Shown: positions 1 through 11,158 of the stretch, in pieces | Numbering within the stretch: position 1 is the stretch's first letter | Layout: each line of letters starts with the position of its first letter | Assembly: GCA_951406725.2 (NCBI GenBank) | Contig: OX597820.1 | Span: 26,722,001-26,786,000 of the forward strand | DNA length: 64,000 bases | Direction: 5' to 3' | Origin: Octopus vulgaris | Lineage: Eukaryota | The notes under the pieces: generated by a model | What the model was told of the DNA's origin: nothing | What the model saw: the letters and a program-made list of their open reading frames with translations, nothing else | Databases searched by the model: none | Program-made: the position numbers and the translations under genes

Positions 1-183
1 AAGACAAACTTGGGTTTGCAAGCAACAAAACAATTGGAAAACAAGACAAGTAACATAAATAACAACCAACACACACATTTCTATACATATACATATTTGT
101 ACATATATATATATATGTACATTTCGGTATATGTATATATATATTTACAAAGTTTAGAACAACAGCATTGAATGTCCCGAGGG

Positions 184-251
184 TATGTATGTACGTATGT
201 ATGTATGTATGTATGTATGTATGTATGTATGTATGTATGTATGTATGTATG

Positions 252-340
<89 letters not shown>
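184..340. repeat. Compound microsatellite (TATG)n(TA)n(TG)n
   Basis: Seen directly; similar compound tracts recur throughout, e.g. 4390-4705, 14000-14305, 18560-18720, 37296-37465, 48700-50220 and 62455-62760. Confidence 0.95.
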
Positions 341-342
<2 letters not shown>

Positions 343-928
343 TATTTTTAATCGTTTAATCGTTTCGTATTGGAAATCCTGTATTACTAATGGACTCAGG
401 TGAAAACACGTTTGCAAACCACCCATTTCACTTTCTATCGTGTAGTTAGCATACGTTGATTAGATAGTAATCATGTCGAAAATGATCGATAGGAATATTG
501 CCAAAATCAATATCCTCTAAGGGAAGAGGCTGAGTTGGTGCTATCGCTTGTTCCAGCTGAACAGAGCCAGACTTTTGGCGAGAAAAAAAAAAATGTTTGA
601 ATTTTATTTTAGATAAGGTGAAATCCATCCGTATCAGTACACGTGAACCTAACACTCGCACACAGATGTACATATGTGTATATGTGTGAGTGGGCTAGAT
701 AGATAGAGAAAAAGAGGAAGAAAGAGTGAGGGAGGGAGAGAAGGGAAGAGAGAGAGGGAGAGAGAGAGAGAGAGGGAAATAGTGAGAGTGAGAGAGTGTG
801 TGTGTGGCAGAGAATTTGTTTCACAATCACATAGTTTCCTGTTTAGTCCCACTGCTCAGGAAAGTGTCTGCTCTAACTCCGGGCTAATCAGTGATCACAC
901 AAAAACTGTGGGAAATCTGGCGCGTGTG

Positions 929-960
<32 letters not shown>

Positions 961-1134
961 GGTTTTCATATATCCGGAAAAGAAGCGCACTCTGAAGTAT
1001 TACAGCAGTAACATACCTTTTTAGGAAGTTAAAAGTTGGCCGGTCACTGAATGACCATTGGTTTCGCATCTGTAAAGCGCTTAGCATTATAGATGACATG
1101 TCACTCTATGGCCAAGCATAACTTTTAACTTCTA

Positions 1135-1139
<5 letters not shown>

Positions 1140-1212
<73 letters not shown>

Positions 1213-1237
1213 AATAATGATAATAATGATAATAATA

Positions 1238-1268
<31 letters not shown>

Positions 1269-1808
1269 TGATAATAATAATAATAATGATAATAATAATA
1301 ATAATAATGATGATAATAATAATGATAATAATAATAATAATAATGATGATAATAATAATAATGATAATGATAATAATAATAATAATGATAATAATAATAA
1401 TAATAATAATGATAATAATAATAATAATAATAATGAGAAAATGTGGCATCTCAAGGCGGTTACAATACCAGTGATCGTAGGAGCACTAGGAATGATCAAG
1501 AAGGGAACCGAAAATTATATGAGAATGATCCCTGGCTTACCATCCCTGCAAGAAGTGCAAAAGATTGTCTTAACTGGTACATCACACGTATTGAGAAGAG
1601 CATTGTCGATGTGAGAACTGTTGCTGCTCATGTATTTTAATTTAACTTAAAAAAAAAAAAAATGAACGAACTATTGAGTTTGGTTTAATGGCCTACCAAT
1701 GTATACTATGAGTTTCTTTGCCCAAGGAGTCGGGAAGACACTCGGCAAGAAATGGAAGCAAATTTGAAAGAAGAAAAAAAAATAGTAATGATAATAATAA
1801 TAATAATG

Positions 1809-1854
<46 letters not shown>

Positions 1855-1952
1855 TGATGATGATGATGATGATGATAATAATAATAATGATGATGATAAT
1901 AATAATAATAATAATAATAATAATTATGATGATGATAATAATAATAATAATA

Positions 1953-2013
<61 letters not shown>

Positions 2014-2026
2014 CAACAATAATATT
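1140..2026. repeat. (AAT/GAT)n microsatellite split by the Dong-like insertion
   Basis: Tracts at 1140-1434 and 1783-2026. Confidence 0.95.
1435..1782 (+). mobile_element. 5'-truncated R4/Dong-like non-LTR retrotransposon 3' end
   Basis: Open frame EKMWHLKAVTIPVIVGALGMIKKGTENYMRMIPGLPSLQEVQKIVLTGTSHVLRRALSM* (stop 1612-1614), the C-terminus of a restriction-like endonuclease ORF; 3' UTR follows; embedded between long (TAA/TGA)n tracts. Confidence 0.7.
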
Positions 2027-2312
2027 AGGGAGTATAACTTCAAACTTAGAGGGAAAAATTCAATTTAGTATTAAATCAAATTTCCCACAATAAATATATG
2101 ATATATAAATTATATTAATTATAGCCTTGAAACGTATGTAGTTTTTTTTTACTTATATATTGTTTATTCATTTCTGTACTTTTTGTGATCTAGTTATATG
2201 GTTTTTAAAAAAATATATTTTATTTTTTTATTTATGATTTGGTTTAGGCCATATATTTGGTTTACATCATTGTTTGAATTGCATAATAGTGGTTTTTCTC
2301 TAATTTATATAT

Positions 2313-2347
<35 letters not shown>

Positions 2348-2378
2348 AACGAGAAAGAAGCAACAAGAATGGATTGGT

Positions 2379-2468
2379 TTTTAGTACAATTGCTTCATAC
2401 AAAGACAGGCTTTATTACAAGTTGCAAAAATTGCAGCAGATAAAAGTGTCCGTACTCATCAGCTAAAA
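2379..2468 (-). ncRNA. Inverted hammerhead copy with GAAA>GAAG core change
   Basis: Reverse complement of 2617-2707 except for a substitution at 2393 and a 1-nt deletion in stem II. Confidence 0.6.
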
Positions 2469-2616
2469 TACATTTGAGTTCTCTAGACATCTTAGTGGGT
2501 GAGGTTATACTCATGAGATATTGGAGATAGTTCCATTAGAGGCCTCTAATGGAACTATCTCCAATATCTCATGAGTATAACCTCACCCACTAAGATGTCT
2601 AGAGAACTCAAATGTA

Positions 2617-2707
2617 TTTTAGCTGATGAGTACGGGACACTTTTATCTGCTGCAATTTTTGCAACTTGTAATAAAGCCTGTCTTTGTATGAAACAATTGT
2701 ACTAAAA
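2617..2707 (+). ncRNA. Type I hammerhead ribozyme (Penelope-like-element type)
   Basis: Stem I TTTTAG (2617-2622) / CTAAAA (2702-2707); core CTGATGA 2623-2629; extended stem II (GTACGGGACA/TGTCTTTGTAT, CTTTTAT/ATAAAG, TGCAA/TTGCA); GAAA 2690-2693; stem III AC-AATT-GT with palindromic loop; GTA cleavage triplet 2699-2701. Confidence 0.8.
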
Positions 2708-2853
2708 ACCAATCCATTCTTGTTGCTTCTTTCTCGTTTATAATCACCCCACATTACTGTATGGATAACACCATATAGTTTTTCTGGTGCATCTAAGTTA
2801 AGTACCACATTCAAGTAAATTCATTGGAAGTTACTTGAATCTTAATTGCTTTG

Positions 2854-2914
<61 letters not shown>

Positions 2915-3149
2915 TATATATACATTATATATATATATACATTATATATATACAGGGTAGTCCAAAAGTAGGTTTACAGTTATCCCGTAGGCATTTTAAA
3001 TTTCTTTTAAAACATTTTATTTCATGTTTAACGGCATTTCTCCATGTCCGCTATATGCAGAGTTCAAATGTGACTGGGGTTGATTTTGCCTTTCATTCTT
3101 TCGGGGTTGATAAAATAAAGTACCGAGTTTGATGTAATTCATATTGGTT

Positions 3150-3935
3150 CCAAATTTTGGTACAAGGCCAACAATTTCGACGGAGGTGTAACTCGATTAC
3201 ATCACCCCCTCTCCCAGTGCTCATCTGGTACTTATTTCATCGACACCGCAAGGATGAAAGGCAAATTCAGCGGAATTTGAATTCAAAACATGAAGTCAAA
3301 CGAAATACCTATTTCTTTACTACCCACAAGGGACTAAACACAGAGAGGACAAACAAGGACAGACAAACGGATTAAGTCGATTATATCGACCCCAGTGCGT
3401 AATTGGTACTTATTTAATCGACACCAAAAGGATGAAAGGCAAAGTCGACCTCGGCGGAATTTGAACTCAGAACGTAACGGCAAACGAAATACGGCTACGC
3501 ATTTCGCCCGGTGTGCTAACGATTCTGCCAGCTCATCGCCTTAAAGTTAAAGTGGACCTCGGCGAAATTTGAACTCAGAACGTAAAGCCAAACGGAAATA
3601 CCTATTTCTTTACTACCCACAAAGGGCTAAACACAGAGAGGACAAACAAGGACAGACAAACGGATTAAGTCGATTACATCGACCCCAGTGCGTACCTGGT
3701 ACTTAATTTATCGACCCCAAAAGGATGAAAGGCAAAGTCGACCTCGGCGGATTTGAACTCAGTACGTAACGGCAGACGAAATACGGCTACGCATTTCGCC
3801 CGGCGTGCTAACGATTCTGCCAGCTCGTCGCCTTAAAGTTAAAGTGGACCTCGGCGGAATTTGAACTCAGAACGTAAAGCCAGACGGAAATACCGCTAAG
3901 CATTTTGTCCGGCGTGCTAACGATTCTTCCAGCTC
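3150..3935 (-). mobile_element. SINE family A cluster with ~293-bp tandem duplication
   Basis: Two full copies (~3310-3543 and ~3603-3835) interleaved with partial copies. Confidence 0.85.
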
Positions 3936-4150
3936 ACTGACTTCATATTGCAATTGAAATTAATACAAACCACACTAAAGAATAAGACAAACGAAACTGT
4001 AAAAACAATAAAGAATGAAAAAAAAAAGCAAAAAACAATGAGACAAAGAAGGCTTGAGAGCTGGACATATGCTTGGTTCTTATCTGTACTCATGTCATTC
4101 TTATATTTCATATTTTGTTGTTATTCTGCCACTGATCAAACACTCACACA

Positions 4151-4387
4151 CATACACACGTGAATGCTCTCACATCCAAATACACAAAGAAACATTCACC
4201 TACATAAATAAAAACACATATTGTAATTATCACACATTTACTCATGCACGTTCGCCCGCGATATAGAGGTTTAAAAAAAAACAGAACAACAGGAAATAAT
4301 GTGACGTCATCACTCGTTTCAAGGTGATTTAGCTTTTTCGATTACACAACCATATGTAGGATACATATGTAAACATACATAGTTATC

Positions 4388-4482
<95 letters not shown>

Positions 4483-4609
4483 ACACTCACACGCACATAT
4501 TTGTATAGAGGCATATATTCATACATATTAATATGTATACAAACACTGATGCATACCTCTCTTCCTCCTCCTCCACACATATACATACATATATACATAC
4601 ATACACACA

Positions 4610-4703
<94 letters not shown>

Positions 4704-4821
4704 CACTCAAATATAGATATAAAATACGTCTTGTGGGGGTGTTTTTTGAACCATTAGTCGTTGGTCCGGGAATTAGCACAACAAATATACGTAAGCATAC
4801 CTATAGACATACACACGTGAA
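4151..4821 (+). promoter_or_regulatory. Candidate GILT proximal elements: CRE palindrome and two E-boxes
   Basis: TGACGTCA at 4302-4309; CACGTG at 4157-4162 and 4814-4819. The TSS is unknown. Confidence 0.3.
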
Positions 4822-4827
4822 GAAATC

Positions 4828-4947
4828 ATGTCTAACCTGACATTCGTATTTTGCTTGTCTTTTATGGTTGTATCTGTGGCATGCCAAAGATGTGACTTGC
4901 CTCGAAGTCTCTGGTGTTCTTCTCCTGAAATCGCAAAGAAATGTAAT
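4828..4947 (+). CDS. IFI30: GILT/IFI30-like thiol reductase, coding exon 1 (signal peptide + SapA-like motif)
   Basis: ATG at 4828; translates MSNLTFVFCLSFMVVSVACQRCDLPRSLWCSSPEIAKKCN, a hydrophobic leader followed by CxxPxxxWCxxxxxAxxC as in the N-terminal SapA-like region of non-mammalian GILTs. Donor GTAAGT at 4948; joins exon 2 in frame. Confidence 0.88.
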
Positions 4948-5972
4948 GTAAGTAGAACAACTAATGTCTTGTGTTTATAAAGCGTTTTTTCATGTTTATA
5001 ATTTTCAGATCAGTTCAGAAAAGTTAGAGTCTCGTACAAAATGTTTTTTGATGTTTCGATTGCACTCTTTACATTGTAAGGGCGAGTTCAATACCCGCTG
5101 AGGTCAACATTGCCCTTCCTTTCCCTTCGGGTTCGATAAAAGTAAATACCTGTCAAGTACTTGGGTAGATATAATCATCTAAATCTACCCCCTCCACGTC
5201 TACCAAAATTTGAAACTATGAGACAGTGAGCAGGCAGAATCATTAGCGCGTCGGACAAACCGCTCAGCAGTATTTCTTCTGACTAATTACGTTTTGAGTT
5301 CAAATCCCGTGAAGGTCAACTATGCCTTTTATCCTTTCAGAGTCGATAAAATAAAGTACCAATGAAGTACTGACGTAGATGTAATCGACTAATCCCGTCC
5401 CCAACCCAGAAAATTGAATTTGTGCCAAAATTTGAAACCATATAAGGCAGTGAGAAGGCAGAATTGTTAGAGCGTCGCAAAAAGTATTTAGCGGTATTTT
5501 TTTTAATGTTTTGTTCTGAGTTCAGATTCCATCTAGGTCAACTTTGCCTTTCTTCCTTTTGGAATCGATAAAAACCAGATACAGTTAAGTAGTATGATCG
5601 ACGTCATCAACTTGATCTCTCCCCTCAGAATTGCTGGCCATGTGCCAAAATTATAAAGAATCATCATCATCATCATCATGGATTAGTAGAATTGTCTGAA
5701 CAGACTTGTTCGGGGTCCAAGCGCTTCTGACTTGTGGAGTTGTCAAACTCTTGTTGCGTATAGGACGGATTTGGCTGTCGATTGAATCTACCGTAAAAAC
5801 TGTTCGTCATCTTCCTTGGACAAGGAAAGACAGGCAGTTTTCTTCTGCCTTGTGTTCAAAAGGGCTAAAATTTGAGAATTCATAAAGATATCTTAAGAGA
5901 TAAGGGAATCGTTAGAGCATTTGGAAAATGTTTTGTAGTATATTTTTCTGGTTCTTTATATTCTTTATGCCT

Positions 5973-6146
5973 TTAACCCTCCAACGCGGAGTATAGGGCA
6001 CTTATAGTTGAATTCCATGTCGCATAATTTTTCGCTTCTGTACTTATACTCTGCCATGAATGTCCACCTTTTTCAAGTTCCTTTTGTGTTGATCTCCGCC
6101 ACGAGTTCTTAGGCCTACCTCTCCTTCTATATCCATCCGGTTTCCA
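5973..6146 (-). mobile_element. RTE-clade LINE 3' fragment
   Basis: WKPDGYRRRGRPKNSWRRSTQKELEKGGHSWQSISTEAKNYATWNSTISALYSALEG*, carrying the W.P.G.R.RGRP..W C-terminal motif; flanked by repeated GGTTCTTTA. Confidence 0.7.
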
Positions 6147-6611
6147 GTATGTAAAGAATCGAAGGTTCTTTACATACTGCGTTCAAATCCTTTTGAGGTT
6201 GAATTTGTCAACCACGCCGATATAGAGGAAGAAAATACATTACTCTAAGACCAACTTGTTTCGAGATACAGTATTTCTAAAGTTATTTGCAACTATGTCG
6301 GCACTTAGTAGCTTGGAAATATTAAACAGCTGGTGATGAATACTGATGTGACCTCTGTGGACAATTTGCTACACGCTAAAGTCGACATAAATGAATTACA
6401 AACGAAGAAAGAAAAACTCGGAAAAGAGGATCCGACGACAACGAAATAAAGATGAAAATACATCAACACAAAACCAAGTTGTTTCGAAATATCTTTGCAT
6501 TTCCTATCAGTTATTTGTTGGCAATTTTGAAGCTTGAAAATATTAAATTATGAAAGAAAATACCTTCCCATGAGTCCAACTTATTTTGAGATATCATATA
6601 TGCAAGCAATT

Positions 6612-7398
6612 CGGTGAGCTGGCAGAAACGTTAGCACGCCACGCGAAATGCTTTGCGGTATTTCGTCTGCAGCTACGCTCTGAGTTCAAATTCCGCTGAG
6701 GTCGACTTTGCGTTTCATCCTTTCGGGGTCGATAAATTAAGTACCAGTTACGCACTGGGGTCGATATAATCGACTTAATACCTATGTCTGTCCTTGTTTG
6801 TCCCCTCTGTGTTTAGCCCCTTGTGAGTAATAAAGAAATAGGTATTTCGTCTGCAGCTACGCTCTGAGTTCAGATTCCGCCGAGGTCGACTTTGCCTTTC
6901 ATCCTTTCGGGGTCGATTAAATAAGTACCAGTAACGCACTGGAGTCGATATAATCGACTTAATCCGTTTGTCTGTCCTTGATTGTCCTCTCTGTGTTTAT
7001 CCCCTTCTGGGTAGTAAAAAAATAGGTATTTCGTCTGCCGTTACGTTCTGAGTTCAAATTCCGCCGAGGTTGACTTTGCCTTTCATCCTTTCGGGGTCGA
7101 TTAAATAAGTACCAGTAACGCACTGGAGTCGATATAATCGACTTAATCCGTTTGTCTGTCCTTGTTTGTCCTGTTTGTGTTTAGCCCCTTGTGGGTAGTA
7201 AAGAAATAGAAATAGGTATTTCGTCTGCCGTTACGTTCTGAGTTCAAATTCCGCCGAGGTTGACTTTGCCTTTCATCCTTTTGGGGTCGATAAATTAAGT
7301 ACCAGTTACACACTGGGGTCGATGCAATCGACTGAATCCGCATGTCTGTCCTTTCTTGTCCCCTCATGTATAGCCCCTTGTGGGCAATAAAGAAATAA
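6612..7398 (+). mobile_element. Head-to-tail tetramer of SINE family A
   Basis: One head (GGTGAGCTGGCAGAAACGTTAGCACG), then ~184-190-bp units starting GGTATTTCGTCTG at 6657, 6841, 7025 and 7215, each with a B-box-like GAGTTCAAATTCC. Confidence 0.88.
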
Positions 7399-9694
7399 GT
7401 TATATGTTGCAATGCCGGCAGTTGCAAATTTGAAAATATTTAATTGTCAGAGAGGAAAATACATTAGCATAAGACCAACTTGTTTCAAGATGTTATTTAC
7501 GGTAATGTTGCCAGTAAGATACATGAAGACAGTAAACAGTTACGGAAGAAAATGCATTTAATATATTACCGACTCGTTTCGAGCTATATTTCCAAAAAGT
7601 TATTTGTAGCAATGTCGACAGTGATATGCTTGACAATATTAAACTATCGAAGAAGAATATACGTTGCTATAAGACTAACTTGTTTCGCGATATCGTATTT
7701 CCATCCAACTACCCATATTCTCGTAAGATTTAAATAATTGACGAAGAAACGTACAAGTAGAATGAATGTATGTATATGTATAGTAATTATTACTAGTCCT
7801 GTCAGCTGATGTAATCTCGGAAATATTAACTCAATAACAATAGGATTTACAGATAGACTGTTTACATCGAGATGGTATTAGGATTGCTTCTGACAGGTGT
7901 GAGCTTGAAGGGGTTAAATCGATATTGGCCAAAATCGATACTGATTACATCCGACAAGCGAGACAGAATTTTGTTGATAACGTGGTAATAACATATATAA
8001 AATACTTCATATTGGCCAAATACTCTTCGTCACCACCAGTTCCCTATACCCACGCCATTGCGCCTATTCTCATCAATTCTTCGGCTATATCATACTATCA
8101 ACTAACTGATCTTCTACTAAAATAGCAACACGAATTTTTAAGCGAACGTTGCTTTTTTTGTGTGTTAATCTTAATATCGATTTTTTTCTAGCCTACTCTC
8201 ATACTACATTTCATTTTATTTTTAATTAAAGCGAGGGCGTTAAGGCAGTGAGTCAGTAGAATCGCTAGAACGACAGAAAAAATACTTAGCGGATTTTCTT
8301 CCTACTTTACGTTCTGAGTTCAGTCCCGCCGAGATCGACTTTGCCTTTCATCATTTTTCGGGGTCGATAAAGTAAGAACTGCTCAAGCACTGAGGTTGAT
8401 ATAAACGACTGCTCTCCCCACCCACCACAATAAAATATTTCGGGACTTTCTACTAGAGAAATAGATACTAATTCTATGGTAAAAAGAAATAAATTAAAAC
8501 GGGAAGTTGGCAGAATCATTAGAGCATGGAAAACTGCTTTCCGGTATCTGTCCTGGCTCTTTACGTTCCGAGTTCAACTCCTGTCGCGTTTAACTTTGTT
8601 TTTCAATATGACAAAGTACCAGTCAAGTACTGAGGTCAGTGGTGTCCACTATTCTCCTGACCTCAACACTGCCGGCCTTGTACCTAAATAAAAAAACACT
8701 TTTAATTAAAGCGATGGAGGCCGTGTGCTGAACGCAGAGTCAAAACTAACAACGTACAAATCGAGTCTATAGCTTAGTTTCAACCCTTCACCTATGACAG
8801 CCCTGTTTCTACATCACAAAATCTCATTCGTATCTCCAAAAAAAAAAAAAAAAGATATGAATTTGCACACACGTAATAATTATTATATCATTCAACTACT
8901 ACCGTGGTTAAATAATATTCTTAAGGTCGCAATTTACTTACACACAGCATCTTCAGAGCTTTGTCGCGAATTCAGTTCTAACCAAATTAGAAAGCGTTAG
9001 CATTTTTGAAGAAGACTGGTCCCTAGCTACATTTTGGCATAAAAAATTGAGATTTGGGCCAGTAGAAACATGTTTACATCAAAATTTGTAGCAACGTTAT
9101 AGGAGAGTAAGTAACAACTCCAATTAAGTATAGATCTAAATAACTTTTTTTATTTTAAAAGTAAAATATATTTATTTTAGCTTGAATGATAGAAGAAAGC
9201 ATGAAGAATTTCATATATTTTGTCCCAGCAACAAAAATTTGTATAAAATAAAGTTGTGAGGTAAAATATCATGAAAAAAAATATAAGGCAATAAATTGGA
9301 TTTAAGTATAATTAACTTTTTATTTTAAAAACAAATTATATTTTAATTCGAGGAATTTCATGGTATCAATCTCATGCAATGAAGTTTTAAAAGAAAAAAA
9401 GTGATTAGTGTTTGTTTCTCAAATTTGAGGGTGGTTATATAGTTGTATACTCTTTTATGAATATAGTTCTAAGGGGACTTTTAATATACGTCACCGGCAT
9501 CATTGAGGTAAAAAAAATTATCAATGACACCGCTAATTTACAATTAGTTTAATTACATTATCTGAGTTAAAAATTAAAATATTACTTAGAAATTTATTAA
9601 ATTTATTATTCAATTTTGAATAAGATAAAATCTTAAATTATTAATTGACACATTATTAATTAGCATAATAGCATAGCCTGTAAAAAAAACATGG

Positions 9695-11158
9695 ATTACA
9701 TGGAAAAATGCGAGCAAGAGAAATAATATTCTTAAGATTATAAACCTGGAAAAGTACAGGACATGTTATCAAACCTGGAAAAGTTCAGGACAAGTTATTA
9801 CGTCTGGTAAAGTACAGAACAAGAAAATTTTTACTTAAAATGTTGCAGCTAACGATAAAATTTGAATATTAAAAATTACTTTGTTTTAATTTACAAAGTA
9901 ACATTATAATTAAAAAAGTACCATCGGATCTTTTCGGTTTGAACGGCAGTTTGTAACATAATTTCTAGGTAACTAAAAAATTTTAAACTTCGTATACTGG
10001 TAGAATGTGTTTATAAAACATCATTTTCTCTTGGCTTTATTGAGAAAATTCTGTAGTTTGTAACATATTTCGTCTTTAATTTCTTGCATTTCGGCAATTT
10101 TAACCAATCAATTACCTCCGTTGACGTAAACAACATTCTGTGCCGCATGAATATGTCCCTCCTTTAAGAAACAGATTGGGTTTATTTACATTTGTGAAGA
10201 AAAAAAGATACCCTTCCCCCACCTCTAACCCTAACCCTAACTAACCCTAACCCTAAATCTAAAATAGATTGAAATGCAATAGATCGATACTAGGGTTATA
10301 ATTATGGGTGACAATTTCATATGACACCGCTAGAGAAAATGGAAGTTTTTTCTCAGAATGTTGTTTACGTCAATGGAGGTAATTGATTGGTTAAAATTGC
10401 CGAAATGCAAGAAATTAAAGACGAAATATGTTACAAACTATAGAATTTTCTCAATAAAGCCAAGAGAAAATGATGTTTTATAAACACATTCTACCAGTAT
10501 ACGAAGTTTAAAATTTTTTAGTTACCTAGAAATTATGTTACAAACTGCTGTTCAAACCGAAAAGATTCGTACCATCATTTTGTTAAAATATTGACTCACT
10601 AAAATGCTTACAAAACGAGAGCCAGAATTACGAATATTGTATATGGTAGGCAAATTCATTATGTAGAAAATAGGTATTGGGTCAAGACTAAAAATGAGAA
10701 AACTTGGCCACAACTTAGGCAATAACTCAAGCAAATTTTACTGTGAATTCGTTGTTATAGGTAGATTTTACTGTAACATATAACTAATTTTTATATTATT
10801 CTATTTATTGTACTATGTATTAATATTACCTTTTATAACCTGTTTTCAAATTTCTAATTATTAACAATTGAAAAAATGAATTTTTTTCAAGTGCAACAAA
10901 TATTTTGAGTTATTTCTATCAGAAGTAACAAATAATAACAAATTGAAGTAATAACTTGTAATAAAATTTTTAGTTTTAATAAAAACTGATATTTTCTAAA
11001 TCCAAATATTTTATTTGAAATGTTATCCTTACTTGCAATATTTTAAGTTAAATATTTTTTGGTTCTGTACTTTACCGGATGTAATAATTTGTCCTGTACT
11101 TTTCCAGGTTTATAATCTTAAGAATATTATTTCTCTTGCTCACATTTTTCCATGTAAT
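9695..11158. mobile_element. Older inverted-repeat element hosting the MITE
   Basis: ATTACATGGAAAAATG.GAGCAAGAGAAATAATATTCTTAAGATTATAAACCTGGAAAAGTACAGGACA... at 9695-9848 is the reverse complement of ~11031-11158; AT-rich interior; termini and TSD not resolved. Confidence 0.6.
9926..10568. mobile_element. Merlin-like MITE, long-TIR variant
   Basis: Ends GGATCTTTTCGGTTTG / CAAACCGAAAAGATTC; 8-bp TSD GTACCATC at 9918-9925 and 10569-10576; 215-bp inverted arms; internal (CCCTAA)-like repeats. The superfamily call rests only on the GG termini and 8-bp TSD. Confidence 0.8.

Larger units (their letters stand above)
2344..2858 (+). mobile_element. Penelope-like element terminal-repeat remnant with fold-back palindrome, inserted in (TA)n
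   Basis: Palindrome 2344-2742 centred on AGAGG|CCTCT (2542/2543), then ~115 bp of unpaired tail; (TA)n on both flanks; contains hammerhead motifs. No RT or GIY-YIG ORF seen. Confidence 0.65.

Noticed and set aside
446-673. Minus-strand 75-aa ORF as an exon of a neighbouring gene
   Set aside because: No recognisable domain and no partner exons found.
10225-10256. CCCTAA/TTAGGG repeats (also near 17445-17472) as interstitial telomere
   Set aside because: Only a few units, at the same internal position in two copies of one MITE family.
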